A DNA stretch of 64,000 bases. Source: Bacteroidales bacterium. Lineage in GTDB: Bacteria; Bacteroidota; Bacteroidia; Bacteroidales; P3. The notes below the pieces were generated by a model. It saw nothing but the letters and a program-made list of their open reading frames with translations, was not told the origin of the DNA and ran no database searches. Made by a program: the position numbers and the translations under genes. How positions within the stretch are numbered: position 1 is the first letter of the stretch; every line of letters starts with the position of its first letter. The stretch is from positions 586 to 64,585 of the forward strand of contig JAFXUY010000063.1 of NCBI GenBank assembly GCA_017524785.1, written 5' to 3'. This document shows positions 36,308-46,524 of the stretch, one piece after another.

Positions 36308-37204
36308 ATGAAAATCGACGAAGCCATATCACGGTTCCACGACTATATAGCCACCGAGCGGCGCATGGCTGCCGGCACGGTGGAGAACTATATCGGCGAC
36401 CTGCGCGACCTGGAGACCTATCTGCATAGCATCGACATCGACGACATGGAGGAACTCTCGGCCCGCGAGCTGCGGGAATGGCAGATGGGTCACATGGAGC
36501 GCGGCGAGGCGGCAGGGACTGTGAAACGCAGGCTGTCGTCGGTGAGCAGCTGGCTGCGCTACCTGCGTCGCCATGGCCTCTACGACGTAGACCTGATGGC
36601 AAAGGTGTCGGCACCCAAACAGCCCAAGCGCCTGCCGGTGTTCTACAAGGAGAGCGAGACAGAGCACCTCTATGACGAAGGCATCTTCGCAGACGACTTC
36701 TGGGGCCGGCGCGACGCGCTGATACTGCGTATGCTCTACGAGACCGGCATGCGACGTTCGGAACTAACAGGCCTCAGGGAAAGCTCGGTGGACATGGCTT
36801 CGCTGACCATCAAGGTGCTCGGCAAACGCAACAAAGAACGCCTGATTCCGATAGAAAATGAGTTGGCACACAATATTTCGGATTATCTCGCGTTAAAACA
36901 TCAGACATTGGAGCCGACAGAATGGCTTTTCACGGGCAAACGCGGCGGACAACTGAACCCCAACCAGGTGTACCAGATTGTGCATAAGTATATGACCACC
37001 CTGTCGAACGCCGACCGCATCAGCCCCCACGTGTTCCGCCACAGCTTCGCGACACACATATTGAGCGAGGGCGGCAACATACAGGCAATAAAAGAGCTGC
37101 TGGGCCATGAGAGCCTGTCGACGACAGAGATATACACCCACGTGACGCGCGAGCACCTGAAAGACGTTTACAAGCACGCCCACCCACGCGGCAGAAAGAA
37201 ATAG
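36308..37204 (+). CDS. tyrosine recombinase XerC/XerD
   Basis: MKIDEAISRFHDYIATERRMAAGTVENY N-terminal SAM-like domain; C-terminal ...HVFRHSFATH...LGHESLSTTEIYTH catalytic R-H-R-Y signature. Confidence 0.88.
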   Translation: MKIDEAISRFHDYIATERRMAAGTVENYIGDLRDLETYLHSIDIDDMEELSARELREWQMGHMERGEAAGTVKRRLSSVSSWLRYLRRHGLYDVDLMAKVSAPKQPKRLPVFYKESETEHLYDEGIFADDFWGRRDALILRMLYETGMRRSELTGLRESSVDMASLTIKVLGKRNKERLIPIENELAHNISDYLALKHQTLEPTEWLFTGKRGGQLNPNQVYQIVHKYMTTLSNADRISPHVFRHSFATHILSEGGNIQAIKELLGHESLSTTEIYTHVTREHLKDVYKHAHPRGRKK

Positions 37205-37241
37205 AAACACGTATCAACAACATATAAAAAAGGAGGATATT

Positions 37242-37529
37242 ATGAACACTACAATCAATTCGGTGAAATTCAAAGCCGACGAGAAACTGGAGAAATTCAT
37301 CAACGAGAAAGTCGCCAAACTGGACCGTATGATCGACAACGCCATAAAATGTGAGGTTACCCTCAAGGTCGACAAACCCGAGACCGACAATAACAAGATT
37401 GCCGAGCTGCGCCTCTTTGTTCCCGGCAAGGATCTCTTCGTCACAAAACAGGCCGACACCTTCGAGCAGGCTGTAGCCGACGGTATCGACACCCTGAAGG
37501 TGCAGATTGAAAAATACAAGAACGCCTAA
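37242..37529 (+). CDS. hpf: ribosome hibernation-promoting factor / RaiA family
   Basis: 95 aa, starting MNTTINSVKFKADEKLEKFINEKVAKL. Preceded by AGGAGG. Confidence 0.88.
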   Translation: MNTTINSVKFKADEKLEKFINEKVAKLDRMIDNAIKCEVTLKVDKPETDNNKIAELRLFVPGKDLFVTKQADTFEQAVADGIDTLKVQIEKYKNA

Positions 37530-37549
37530 ACAGCATTAATCACAAAAAG

Positions 37550-37584
37550 GCAGGGCTGGTTTGCGAACCGGCCCTGCTTCTTTT
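37550..37584. terminator. bidirectional rho-independent terminator
   Basis: GCAGGGCTGGTT-tgcg-AACCGGCCCTGC followed by TTCTTTT, with AAAAA upstream. Lies between convergent hpf and the 2961-aa gene. Confidence 0.85.
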
Positions 37585-37585
37585 A

Positions 37586-40500
37586 TTACCTTATGAGGAG
37601 CACCGAGCCTACCTGCCGCTGCATGACCTCGGGTCGGTAGACGGTTGAGTAGAGGATATAATAGACATAGTTGCCCGAGGGACAGTCTTGCCCCACAAGA
37701 TTACGACCATCCCAACGGCCGTCGATGTCGTCGCTGCGGTATACCAACACACCGCGACGGTTATAGATGTTTATTTCGTAGTGTGCTATATGATACCCTT
37801 GAACAAAGAACTCGCGGTTAGTCTCGGCACCGGGAGTGAAGGCATTGGGCGTCACAAGGTCGGTATGCTCGATGGGTATGAGGGTGACGGCTGTGTCGGT
37901 GCACCGTCCATCGCCCACAACGAGTTTTACGCTCACTGTGTCGGCACCGGCGTCGGCCGTGGAATAGATGACACGGCCTGACCAGTCGAGCAACTCGTCG
38001 TCGATAAACCACTGCCGCCATACATATTCGGTGCCAACATCGCGGGCCTCGAACGAAAGGTTGCTGGCATTGAGTATGCGCGGCGCCACACGCATCTTGG
38101 CTACAGGCACGGTAAACGGCAGAATCTTCACTTCGACAACATTGGGACATATCGGCCGTGCCCGGTAGTCGCCATAGAGGCGATAGGTTGTGGCGGTGTC
38201 GGGACTTACGACAATACGCCAGTTGTGGCTCTGCCCGTCGAGGGTACTGTCGATGGGCGACGAGAGCCACCATATATACGATACATCGCTGTTGGCCTGC
38301 AGTATGTAGCTCTGCTCCTGGCAATTGTGGGCAACACCAATGCTCAACTGTGGCAAAGGCAATTCGGTGAGAATGACACCGAGCACGCTGTCGCAGCCTT
38401 CGGTGGTGAACAGCGTGTCGGCATAATAGCCAGCCCTGGAGCAGTAGTGGTCGCGGAACACATACTGGCTGCCTTCGCACATAGTGTCGACATCGATATA
38501 ATGCTTCGAGGGATTGACAGTGAGTATCAGCGTCACCACGCTGTCGCAGCCAAAGACGGTGGCTAGCGTGTCGTCGACACCGGCAGTGTCGGCCAAATAG
38601 AGCCTGCCGTCAATCCACCGCAGCGAGTCGCACACTACATGACGGTCGTCGGTATGCAGGTTGGGCATCACGGCGAGGTGCATCGTTGTCAAGCTGTCGC
38701 AGCCGTGCGTGGTGGTACCACGGTGCAGATAGTCGCCCGACGTGGCCAGCACGGTGTCGAAGAATGGCAATGTAGAGAGGTCGCAGATGGTGTCGTATTG
38801 GTGCGGATAATAGTCGGGCCACAGGTGCAAGGCCATGGTCATCAGGCTGTCGCAGCCATGAACGCTGTGCCGCGAGAGCGTGGCGGCAACGGCATTGTCG
38901 GCTGTGGTGAATGTCAGCACGGTGTCGCGCCAATTATATGATGACGACGATGAGCATACGCTGTCGGCATCGTGGAAGTCGTAGACGGCATGCACCGCAA
39001 GGGCATGGCTCAAGGTGTCGTGGCAGCCATTGGTGTCGACGGTAAAGCAGGTAACTACGGTGTCGGCAACAGGTGCTATCACGGCTGGAGTGCTGGCACC
39101 GCCTATCCAGCTGTATTGGTAGGCATTGGCCACACGGATGGTGTCGGGAACATCGTTGGCACAACGGTCGCTGCGCCCCGAAAGCGAGGTGAACGGATGA
39201 GGATAGGCTATATGAATGTCGCGTGTCAAGGTATCGATACACTGGTCGTTGGCAATTCCTACAATGAGCGTCACACTGACGGTGCCGGTATCGGCAAAGT
39301 GGAGCAATGGTGCCACCATATTGCTGTCGGCTGAATTGCCAGGCAGCACCCAGCGAAAACTCTCGCATGGCTCGCCGGTGCCCAATGGTGTCAACCCGTC
39401 GCCCGAGATGGTGCTGTGGTTCATCAGCTGAAGGTCGAACTCGCAGTCGGCAACAGTAAGCACGGTGTCTATTATCGCCAGCGGGTAGCGGGCACCTGCA
39501 AAGGCACTCATGGTGAAGTGGCACGCAGGATTGTCGACAAACGACAGGCGGCAATAGTAGGTGACGTCGTTGTCGGACGGTACCCAGATGCTTGACGAGT
39601 CGGAGACAGTAACCGTGGTATCGACCGAGGAATACCAACGGTAGTTGAAGCCCGACGGCACGGTGAAGCGGTTGCTGGGCACGTCGCTGCAACCCTCTGT
39701 CTGCATCAGCTTGCTGGCACACCGAAGGGTGAAGTAGGCATAGCCGAAGTGCGACCCTTCACCGCAGTCGTTGGTGGTGAGACGTACAAAGATGGTCTGC
39801 CCATCGTAGGGTGTGAGATCGACACCGCAGGTGGTCCAATCTTTCCATAGCACCTCGTTTGGCGCCTGCGCCCAGCCAAGGTTGGCATTGGCAATGAAGT
39901 CGGCATTGCTGCACGAATCTATAAGCGCACCTTCTTGATTGAGAATCTCTAGCCTGAAGCGAGGCTGTAGCGAAGCCGAATGTTCGGGGTCCTGCAACAC
40001 CGCAGCATAGCGTAGCACCAGCAGGTCGGCGTTCACGGCATCGACGGTGAAGCCGTAGGTGATGCTCTCGGCCTGCGGCATACTGTTGCCGCCTGAAGTC
40101 CAGTTGCCAAGACGCACCGAAGCTTGTTCGCCCTCAGGGATGGTACGCAGAAGGCCCTGTGTACGTGCATCGCGCTCGTTGGTGTCGAGGTGTACCGTAT
40201 GGCGGCTCTGGGCGCTCTGATAGCCATAATCGACGGCACCGATATGTTCCATCGGGTTGGAGTAGGAACCATAGCTGCACGTAACATAGGAAGCCGTGAG
40301 GTTCGTGTAGTCGATGCACCCTGCCCCACCCTGCGGCGTGAAGGTGTAGAAAGTATCTATCTTCGGGTTTTCGGGGCAGGCTGTGGTATCGGCACACTGG
40401 CCAGTGACATAGAAGACATAGTTGGTGAGCGGCGATAGGTTCTCTATGTGGCACGGCGTGGCAGTGGGATGTATCTCGAGGCCTTCACCATCGACAAAGT

Positions 40501-43500
40501 CGCGCGGGCCATAGGTTATCGTCACATCGGGCGTTCCCTGATATTCCCATTCGATAGTCACACGGTCGGTGCCCATCTCCGTCATGCGGAAATTATAGGC
40601 GGCACAACTGTTCACCCTCACATCGTCGATGTCGAGCACATCGTCGTCGCTGACCCTAAAGGCAATGAACCGACCGCCACCGTAATAGTTATCCAGTGTA
40701 TGGAAGCATCGTATGTAGTTGTTACGCATAGAGGTGAAAGAAGCCAGCGAGTCGAAGGTTGTGGGGTCGGAGGCATCGCTCATGGTGCCAAGTATCAGAC
40801 TATGCCCGTTGCTGCTGTGGAAACGCGCATAGAGACTGACGTTGAGGCGGCGCAGACTGTCGACCGACGGCTGTGGCAGCACGAGATAGGTTGTGCCGTA
40901 ATAGTTCGACACCGTCAACTTGGCATTGCCGCTGTTGGCACTGCCTGCCGTCACACGGGCATAGTTCCCCGCACGGTCGGTGAGCACACGCCAGCCGGCA
41001 GGTTTGTCGTCGACAGCATCGGTCTCGAAAGTGGCACAATAAGGTATCGGGGTGAGGGCGGCAAGGGTTACCAGGCGTTGCGGCTGGCGACAGGTGAGCA
41101 CAGCCGAATCGCACCGCAGGTAGATATTATACGCTGTGTCGGGGTCGAGGTTCATCACCATTGGCGACACCACTGCGCGACGTATCACACCGCTACCCTG
41201 CGCCTGACCAGCATATGTGTACTCGATATAGAAACCGTTGTATGTGGCAGTATCCCAACTCATCTCTACCCTTCCGTTGCCAGGCTGCGCTATGGCGAGG
41301 CTGTCGGGCAAGGCACAACTCTCCACAATCAGGTTGTCGATATTCACCGTTCCAATGCCAATAGCCTGCATCACCGGGCGGCCACTATTGGTCACAGCCA
41401 CATGCTTATGTCCCACGCCGCTGACGGTGTCGCCATTGAGCAATAGCGACGCCGTGCCGTCAAGATCGAAGCTGAACCATAGCATACCGGCAGGCATTGC
41501 CGACAGCTGCACTCCCACCGTCTGTCCCTGTGCCACTTGCATGGCTATACGGCCCGCCGTACCTACACTGCCACTGTTGACAGCGTCGCTGAAGGGTGTC
41601 CAGCCTACTGGCATGCCAGCGGCAAAGTCCTCACAATATGGCAGATTCATCGCCAAGGATGTGGCTACCTGTAGCGGCGAACCACAGGTGACAGCATCAA
41701 TGGAACATAGCGGATAGAAGTCGTAAACTGTTGTGTCGGCAAGCATCAGCGTGCCAGGACTGGCCACGCGCATGCCGCTGCTGGGCACAAAGCCTGCAAT
41801 TCCATACTCGAAAGCGCCGTTGCCGACAAGTGTCACGCTGTTGTCATCGTTCGTCACCACCGTCGGCAACTCGCATGTCGTGGCGATAAAGGCGTCTATC
41901 ACAGCATTGGTGCCGTTAGTGGTGCGCAGAGCCACAAAGCGCCCCTCGCCATTATAGCCGGCCAGGCTCAAATGAACCCTCTGCCATGTGCCAGCAGTTG
42001 CCTCCACAGTGTCTATAGGCACAAAGCTGCTCCAGTCGCCTTGTCCTTCCATGACGCCTACAGCCACCGGTGTACCTCCACGCAAGCGGAAATGTATGTG
42101 CAGTTCCGACAAGCTATCAATATCGAGTTCCGGCAGCATCATTGTCGACAAAGTGTCGCGACGGTGACAGTATGGCAGGCTCTCTTCGCCTGGCATGACG
42201 ACCGACAGCGGCGCCAGACAAGTAGCTTCGTCGGCATCATGACGGCAATAGAGCCAGTAGCTTTGCTGCGGTACCAGGCCTGCTATTGTCGCCGTGGCGG
42301 CAGTGACATGCACCACCGTGCCCTCGCCTTGCTGTATGCCCGTCGGACCGTATTCCACATAGTAGTCGGTGTCACTGTTCGTAAGCTGCAGCCTGCGGGC
42401 TGACAGAACGGCAACCTGAGGCGTCAGTCCGCGTGTCACGGCGATGTCGTCTATCCACATTTCGGCGGTCTGTGTCGTGGCGTCGCAGGCCAGCGCTATC
42501 CTGTCGGTACCCGAGAAACGCGACAGCGGAACTCTCACAGTATGCCACACCGACGACGAACTTACGCTGACGGTGTCGCGTGGCGAGAATGTATTGGGGT
42601 CCGAAGCATCGGATATCTGTCCTATGATCAAGCGTGCACGGTTGTGGTTGGCCACCCTCAGGCTCATGCTGATCTGATGTGCTCCGATGTCGTCGACGTC
42701 GAAGAGCGGCAACACCGCTATGCTGCGGTTGCCAACCGCAGCCTTCATGTTGAGTCTCTGATTGCCACCGACTGTGGACATTGCCGGCGTGCTGTTGTAG
42801 GTGCGGCTCACCACCCAACCAGACACCATGCCGGCAGCAGGAGCATCGTCGAATGTCTGGCAATAGGGCGTGGTGGTGGTATTCACGGTCTTCACCGTCA
42901 GCGTCTGGCAATTAGAGCCTGACGAGCACAATGGCTTGAGGTATATGTCATAGCTAAGGGTGCTGTCGATGCCAGCCAGCTGCACACTCTGCAGCACATC
43001 CGACGTGCACTCGACGGTGTCGGCAATGCCTTCGCCGCGGATGAAACCGCTGATGCCGTATTCAATAGCCACACGACCTACGCCATTCCACGTGCGCCAT
43101 GTGAGCAGTCCCGTCTGGCTCACAGCAGCATCGCCGATGCAGCATGTAGCTACCATCAGGTTGTCGATAAACAGCGTACCTGCTCCGGCAGCAGGCTTCA
43201 AGGCTATGTAGCGTCCTGTTCCGTCATAGGGTGTCAGGTCTGCAACAAGATGCTGCCATGCGGCAAGGTAGGCAAGCCGCAGTGTGTCTACGGCCACAAA
43301 CGAGCTCGCCGAGTCGGGGCTGGTCATCACGCCCACCACCACGCCGCCATTCATCAGCGCGGCATTGGTGCCGAAAAGGTAGAGACTTACCACGGCATTG
43401 CCTACACCGCTCATAGGTGGCAATATCAGCGTGCTGCCGCCAGTGGTCTGCAGACTGTGGAAACCGGCATAGTAGTTGCGGTCGGTAATCGACAGAGTGC

Positions 43501-46471
43501 CGCTGTAACGCCAGTAACTTGGAATCGAACCCGTAACGCTCTCGAAAGTGTTGCAGTACGGCATTGATATCTGTGAAGCCTGGGTATTGACACCTATCGT
43601 CACCCTTCCGCCATTTGCAGTGCTGCCACTCGAACCGTTGCCAGGACGGTAGACGGCTCCGGCCTCGCCGCAGCTACATACGGCACGGAAGGTGAAGCTG
43701 TACGCCGTACCTACGGTCAGCCCACTGATGACGGAGGGCGACTGGCAGAGGGTGTCGGTGCGGTTGGTACCGCTGCCGGTAATCTGGCACACCAGACAGA
43801 GGCTGTCGGCTGTGGTCCAGCTCACCGTGGCTCCGGTGCTGTCAATCCTGCTCACCTGCAGGTTCTGCGCCACACAAGGCTCTATGCAGAGGTCTTCTAT
43901 AAACACCCTTGTCTCGCCGCTCGTAGCGCCACGGAGCATTATCGCCAGATGGCCTTCGCTGCCTTCGAGTCGTGTGAATTTGTGCTTCCAACTCTCGGCC
44001 GAGGTGAACCTCACCGTGTCGAAGGCCGTGAAGGTGGCGGCATCGGTGGCATCGGCAATGGTGCCTATCAACAGCATGGCACTCTGGTGGTTGGCCGTGG
44101 CGTTGCTCCAAAAAGCCAACGTGGCATGAGGCGAACAGCTCGCTATGTCTGGCAGTATGGCCACGGTGCTGCCACCGCCGAACACCGACAGACGCAGCGA
44201 CCGGCCTCCCGAACGATTGCGCTCGCTGCTCACCAGCGGGTATTCGCCATAGTCCGACAGTCGGCGCCAGTTCGAAGGATAGCTGCTGGTGGAGATACCG
44301 TCGAAGTTCTGACAGTAAGGCAGTTCTATCGGCGACGGTAATGTCGTGAAGCGCAGCGTCAAATAGTGGCAGCTGCCGTCATCGCTGCTGTCATAAGGGC
44401 TTATGTGCAGACAGTATCTTGTGTCGGCAGTCAAGACCGTCAACGTCACCGTGCTGTCGGCAACAATTACCGTGCCGCTGCCTGGAGCGAAGTCGTCGCT
44501 CTGCATTGTCACGGCGGCATATTCTATCCTCACGCTGTCGCCTCGCAGCATGCTCCAATGCACCTGTGCCGAGGTCTGCTCTATGGCGCTCGCCGACACC
44601 GTGGCCACCGCACTGCTGCGCAGCGACACAGCGTCGACAGTCAGCGTCGACGAGGCACGCAAGGCCAGGCATCGTTGGCCACCGCCTACAACAAGCACCG
44701 TGTAGCGTGCCCAGCTGCCTTGCCCGGCCAGTGTGTCGGTCGGGACAAAGGGGTCGTAAGGGGTATCCATGTGGCCCACCTCGATGATGCCTGTGCCGAA
44801 GCCATAAAACTCCAGATAGAAGGTGTCGGGGGTGTTGTTGCCCAGCAGCGGCATCACAGCTATGCCGCCTGCACCCATCTGCAAGGCCCCGGAGCCTTGG
44901 TAGGAGGCCTCGGTAAGCGCGGCATTGCCAGCCAACACCCATCCCTGGGGCAGCTCGCTGCCTTCAAAACCTGTGCAGTAGGGTGTCGTCACCTGGTGGG
45001 CGAAGGTATGGAAATGGTGCTTGTCGAAGACCGAGGGACTGTCGCCGCACGAGGGCCACAGGTAGAGGTCGTAGTCTTCGTCAAGGGTCAGGTTGTCGAG
45101 CGTCAAAGGTTGCCCCGTGGCTACCACAAGGGTGCCCGTGCCGGGGACGAAACCTGTGGGGCCGTATTCTATCTGCACGCCTGCACTGTCGGCAAGCGCC
45201 ACGGTGTCCCATGTAAGCGTAAGGCTGCTCTCGGTCAGGTTGTACAATCGCACATTGTCGACCATGCAGCGCGCTATGCGCAGCTCGTCAATGGTCACTG
45301 TGCCGCTGCCGATGGCATAAAGGGCTGGGTACATGGCGTCGCCGGTGTAACCAGCCATCGATAGTATCTGCCTGCCGTTCTCGGCCGCAAAGGTGTCGAT
45401 GGCCACAAAGGTCTCGGGTTCGTCGGCATACTCCACGGCTCCGGCCACCAGCTGCACGTCGCCGCTGACGGTCATGGTCAGCAGCATGTTAAGTTCGCCG
45501 AGCGTGGCACCCATAGGCAGTGGCAGCACAGCCATGCAGCTGTCGCCCACAGTGGGGGTCATTCGCAGCATGCCACCCACCACCTGCGGCTTGTTGGCCG
45601 TAGGACGGCGCCAGTGTCGCGGCACCACGTTGTCCACGGCATCGAAGTTCTCGTAGTAGGCTATCTCCATGCCGGCGCTCTCGAGGGTGCGTACAGCCAC
45701 CGTCTCGCCGTCGGCACCGGCACAGCCAACCACGAACAGGTAGTCGCTGTCGGGCGTAAGACCAGTGATTGTGAGCGGACTTATGGCGGGACTTATCACC
45801 GTGTCGCCCCACCGGACCTCGACGGTGCCAACGCCGTAGGGCTCGAAGTGCAGCGTGGCCGACGTGCTGCTAACATGGTTGGCCCATGGCGTGGTGGTGC
45901 CGCAATGGCTGAGCGCGACGTCGTCTATCCAGCAGGCATCGTCGACCGGCTGCATGCCACGCTGCATGCGGAACGCCAGCCTGCGGCCCATGCCGCTGTA
46001 GCCGCTCAAATCAACCACCACTTCCTGCCAACGGCTGCCCTGGTCCACATGAAGTGTATCAACAGCAACGAAAGCGCGGCTGTAGCGGTTGGTGTCGGCA
46101 CAGACACCCACCTCAAGCCTTGCCGCCGTCGAGAGCGAGAAGAGCCTGAAGCAGAGGTGCACGCCGTCGAACGTCTCGAGGCCGTCGATTTCGGGCGAGA
46201 TAATCATGCTGTAGTGGCTGCCGGCCAAGGTGCCGGGATAGAGGACCATCGATGCCGTGCCGCTGTAGTGGCGGCTGGCGTCGAGGTGCGGCGCATAGCC
46301 TATGTCGTAGTTGCGGGTTACAAACCAACAGTCGGGCACCTCTTCGGTACCGCTGCCGTACGTGTCGAACTGCTCATACACAGGCAACGTCAGCATACAG
46401 TTCTGTTGCTGGGCCGACAACGGTAACGCCACAAAAAGGGCTAGCAGAGTTATGAGCACACTTTTGCGCAT
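37586..46471 (-). CDS. giant modular cell-surface protein, T9SS type B (CHU_C / gliding-motility C-terminal domain) cargo
   Basis: 2961 aa from ATG 46471 (MRKSVLITLLALFVALPLSAQ). About ten alternations of PYC..F.. beta-sandwich-like modules with FN3-like units. Five ~50-aa repeats end in GC(D/H)(S/D)..(T)..L.V.P (about 38380-39050). The last ~90 aa (TPNAFTPGAETNREFFVQG...INIYNRRGVLVY...WDGRN...GNYVYYI) resemble the T9SS type B sorting domain. Confidence 0.9.
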   Translation of the reverse strand: MRKSVLITLLALFVALPLSAQQQNCMLTLPVYEQFDTYGSGTEEVPDCWFVTRNYDIGYAPHLDASRHYSGTASMVLYPGTLAGSHYSMIISPEIDGLETFDGVHLCFRLFSLSTAARLEVGVCADTNRYSRAFVAVDTLHVDQGSRWQEVVVDLSGYSGMGRRLAFRMQRGMQPVDDACWIDDVALSHCGTTTPWANHVSSTSATLHFEPYGVGTVEVRWGDTVISPAISPLTITGLTPDSDYLFVVGCAGADGETVAVRTLESAGMEIAYYENFDAVDNVVPRHWRRPTANKPQVVGGMLRMTPTVGDSCMAVLPLPMGATLGELNMLLTMTVSGDVQLVAGAVEYADEPETFVAIDTFAAENGRQILSMAGYTGDAMYPALYAIGSGTVTIDELRIARCMVDNVRLYNLTESSLTLTWDTVALADSAGVQIEYGPTGFVPGTGTLVVATGQPLTLDNLTLDEDYDLYLWPSCGDSPSVFDKHHFHTFAHQVTTPYCTGFEGSELPQGWVLAGNAALTEASYQGSGALQMGAGGIAVMPLLGNNTPDTFYLEFYGFGTGIIEVGHMDTPYDPFVPTDTLAGQGSWARYTVLVVGGGQRCLALRASSTLTVDAVSLRSSAVATVSASAIEQTSAQVHWSMLRGDSVRIEYAAVTMQSDDFAPGSGTVIVADSTVTLTVLTADTRYCLHISPYDSSDDGSCHYLTLRFTTLPSPIELPYCQNFDGISTSSYPSNWRRLSDYGEYPLVSSERNRSGGRSLRLSVFGGGSTVAILPDIASCSPHATLAFWSNATANHQSAMLLIGTIADATDAATFTAFDTVRFTSAESWKHKFTRLEGSEGHLAIMLRGATSGETRVFIEDLCIEPCVAQNLQVSRIDSTGATVSWTTADSLCLVCQITGSGTNRTDTLCQSPSVISGLTVGTAYSFTFRAVCSCGEAGAVYRPGNGSSGSTANGGRVTIGVNTQASQISMPYCNTFESVTGSIPSYWRYSGTLSITDRNYYAGFHSLQTTGGSTLILPPMSGVGNAVVSLYLFGTNAALMNGGVVVGVMTSPDSASSFVAVDTLRLAYLAAWQHLVADLTPYDGTGRYIALKPAAGAGTLFIDNLMVATCCIGDAAVSQTGLLTWRTWNGVGRVAIEYGISGFIRGEGIADTVECTSDVLQSVQLAGIDSTLSYDIYLKPLCSSGSNCQTLTVKTVNTTTTPYCQTFDDAPAAGMVSGWVVSRTYNSTPAMSTVGGNQRLNMKAAVGNRSIAVLPLFDVDDIGAHQISMSLRVANHNRARLIIGQISDASDPNTFSPRDTVSVSSSSVWHTVRVPLSRFSGTDRIALACDATTQTAEMWIDDIAVTRGLTPQVAVLSARRLQLTNSDTDYYVEYGPTGIQQGEGTVVHVTAATATIAGLVPQQSYWLYCRHDADEATCLAPLSVVMPGEESLPYCHRRDTLSTMMLPELDIDSLSELHIHFRLRGGTPVAVGVMEGQGDWSSFVPIDTVEATAGTWQRVHLSLAGYNGEGRFVALRTTNGTNAVIDAFIATTCELPTVVTNDDNSVTLVGNGAFEYGIAGFVPSSGMRVASPGTLMLADTTVYDFYPLCSIDAVTCGSPLQVATSLAMNLPYCEDFAAGMPVGWTPFSDAVNSGSVGTAGRIAMQVAQGQTVGVQLSAMPAGMLWFSFDLDGTASLLLNGDTVSGVGHKHVAVTNSGRPVMQAIGIGTVNIDNLIVESCALPDSLAIAQPGNGRVEMSWDTATYNGFYIEYTYAGQAQGSGVIRRAVVSPMVMNLDPDTAYNIYLRCDSAVLTCRQPQRLVTLAALTPIPYCATFETDAVDDKPAGWRVLTDRAGNYARVTAGSANSGNAKLTVSNYYGTTYLVLPQPSVDSLRRLNVSLYARFHSSNGHSLILGTMSDASDPTTFDSLASFTSMRNNYIRCFHTLDNYYGGGRFIAFRVSDDDVLDIDDVRVNSCAAYNFRMTEMGTDRVTIEWEYQGTPDVTITYGPRDFVDGEGLEIHPTATPCHIENLSPLTNYVFYVTGQCADTTACPENPKIDTFYTFTPQGGAGCIDYTNLTASYVTCSYGSYSNPMEHIGAVDYGYQSAQSRHTVHLDTNERDARTQGLLRTIPEGEQASVRLGNWTSGGNSMPQAESITYGFTVDAVNADLLVLRYAAVLQDPEHSASLQPRFRLEILNQEGALIDSCSNADFIANANLGWAQAPNEVLWKDWTTCGVDLTPYDGQTIFVRLTTNDCGEGSHFGYAYFTLRCASKLMQTEGCSDVPSNRFTVPSGFNYRWYSSVDTTVTVSDSSSIWVPSDNDVTYYCRLSFVDNPACHFTMSAFAGARYPLAIIDTVLTVADCEFDLQLMNHSTISGDGLTPLGTGEPCESFRWVLPGNSADSNMVAPLLHFADTGTVSVTLIVGIANDQCIDTLTRDIHIAYPHPFTSLSGRSDRCANDVPDTIRVANAYQYSWIGGASTPAVIAPVADTVVTCFTVDTNGCHDTLSHALAVHAVYDFHDADSVCSSSSSYNWRDTVLTFTTADNAVAATLSRHSVHGCDSLMTMALHLWPDYYPHQYDTICDLSTLPFFDTVLATSGDYLHRGTTTHGCDSLTTMHLAVMPNLHTDDRHVVCDSLRWIDGRLYLADTAGVDDTLATVFGCDSVVTLILTVNPSKHYIDVDTMCEGSQYVFRDHYCSRAGYYADTLFTTEGCDSVLGVILTELPLPQLSIGVAHNCQEQSYILQANSDVSYIWWLSSPIDSTLDGQSHNWRIVVSPDTATTYRLYGDYRARPICPNVVEVKILPFTVPVAKMRVAPRILNASNLSFEARDVGTEYVWRQWFIDDELLDWSGRVIYSTADAGADTVSVKLVVGDGRCTDTAVTLIPIEHTDLVTPNAFTPGAETNREFFVQGYHIAHYEINIYNRRGVLVYRSDDIDGRWDGRNLVGQDCPSGNYVYYILYSTVYRPEVMQRQVGSVLLIR

Positions 46472-46524
46472 CGACAACTTTAACGCCGTCGTGCGCGAAA
46501 TATTGTGTAGACAGAAATAAAATG

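Noticed and set aside
36308-37204. The tyrosine recombinase as a possible integrase marking a mobile element or an invertible promoter.
   Set aside because: It has a Xer-type N-terminus, sits in the housekeeping arrangement with hpf, and has no flanking att-like repeats, no cargo genes, and no inverted repeats bracketing a promoter of either giant gene.
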